Positions 62,651-63,994 of a DNA stretch of 63,994 nt are shown here, piece after piece. How positions within the stretch are numbered: position 1 is the stretch's first letter; every line of letters starts with the position of its first letter. A program made the position numbers and the translations under genes. This stretch comes from Rhynchobatus australiae (lineage: Eukaryota), in assembly GCA_034780895.1 (NCBI GenBank), contig JAUZTB010000076.1:25377543-25441536 (forward strand), in the 5' to 3' direction. The notes under the pieces were generated by a model, which saw only the letters and a program-made list of their open reading frames with translations, ran no database searches and had not been told where the DNA came from.

Positions 62651-63994
62651 GAATAGGCCCAACCAACACCACCAAAACAAATTAAGTGAAATGAAACAAA
62701 AGAGAAAATAACTGGAAATAAAAACAGCCTGTGAGGCAGTCCCAGCATAGCTCATTTTTCCTATTAAGCATCTGACATCACTCAGTTTATTTTCATTAAA
62801 CTGTAGCCCTGTCGTTTATCCTCCATGTCCAACCCATTTATTGTCAGATCTTTTTAATAAATTTTGAACAATCCTGTACATTGTTCTCTTCTGACCACTT
62901 GAGGCACATCAAGAACCATGAGTAGATGCATTTGTGGGGAGACTTTCTACATCTTTAATTGTCGTCATTATTTAAGAATTATCACAAATTGTTGAGCACT
63001 TTGAAAGTGCTAGGCTCTTAATGGCATATGCAAATTACATTATAGTTGATCTAAAGTAATTTTTTGTAGTCTAATTTACTCCACAGATTTTGAGTACTAT
63101 ATTCTTATAATGTATGTCTATTTGTCTTTTGACATGGTTCAGCTCCCTATGACTTTAGCCAGATGTATAAAAATAATTACTAGCTCTATGACTTGTGGAA
63201 GCATTTTCTTTTCAAATGAACAATGTAATCAAACAATTTTGTTCTGCGCAAAGCAAATGGATTATTAGTTTTTAATCATAAGTGGATGTTGTTGGGATGA
63301 CTAGTGAAAAATCTGCTAGCATCAAAGTTTGAATTATGCTCAGCTGTTTACTTAATAAAAATACTGTTTTATTTTGAATGCTTAAATGACAGATTGCGAT
63401 TTGTGATGACTAGTGAAACCCTTGTACTATGCAGATGGATAGTGAAACATCTTATTCAAAGGACATTTGGTGTGTCCTTGCTGAGGCAACTGCCTGTCAA
63501 GACAGGAATGCTGCCCATCCTTCCATTACTTAAGCTGGACACCCTTTTGCCCAATTTCAGCTTTGAACTCTGTTTCACATTTTGATGTTGTAATTTCAGA
63601 AAACTTTTCAGGAATGTATTTGTCCCCCACTAATAACTCTCAAAACCTGTTTCGCATCTTTGTCAATCAAAGCATTCTGTTTTCTCATGATAATAACATA
63701 TTGCAATTAATTTGCATGCAAATTAGTTTAATTTGAAAATGGACTTTACCCAATAAACTGAAGGCTTTAACATTATGAAGCCATAAAGGGTTTAATTGTT
63801 ACATTGTTAAGGTTTAATGATTTTTAATTAGATCTAATTAACACATGTAAATATAAATGGTCACAGTATAGATATTTTTGCCCATTTAAAGCTTTTGTAA
63901 AATCTTTATCTATTAGATTTTTTCAGGTGATTTTATGGATTTAAAATTAAAGAAAATCAATAAATGTGCAAAATATTCTCTGTGTGACCAAATC

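Noticed and set aside
10115-63994. Next ERI3 exon (AYSFAMG...HIGRPHSGI)
   Set aside because: Not found by eye; probably beyond the window or inside a gap.

Overview
AT-rich, repeat-dense vertebrate genomic DNA with many N gaps. The repeat set (CR1, Rex1/Babar, Penelope-like elements, V-SINEs, Deu-domain SINEs) points to a cartilaginous fish, probably a ray or shark (inference). The only host coding sequence I can support is one 73-bp internal exon of ERI3 (+ strand, 10042-10114, LPGQCQYLGLPVPDYFKKWINLKK). I found neither neighbouring exon, so the rest appears intronic, with a downstream intron of more than 53 kb. Most ORF-track entries are N-gap artefacts or retrotransposon remnants. Main observations: (1) a family of Penelope-like element termini carrying a minimal type I hammerhead ribozyme (reconstructed consensus CAGUC-CUGAUGA-A-GGGU-YUCG-RCCY-GAAAC-GUC/GACUG), found in solo, tandem and inverted arrangements, mostly antisense to ERI3; (2) a LINE with a tRNA-like Pol III head leading into an APE ORF, plus SINE-like derivatives sharing both ends; (3) two high-identity long-range inverted repeats whose mismatches are half G-U wobbles in the ERI3 sense; (4) several repeat-free, motif-rich segments resembling conserved non-coding enhancers, one with a candidate 37-nt poison exon; (5) a 3x89-bp tandem triplication and 100-N gaps flanked by TSD-like direct repeats. 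Repeat boundaries were read by eye and are approximate.
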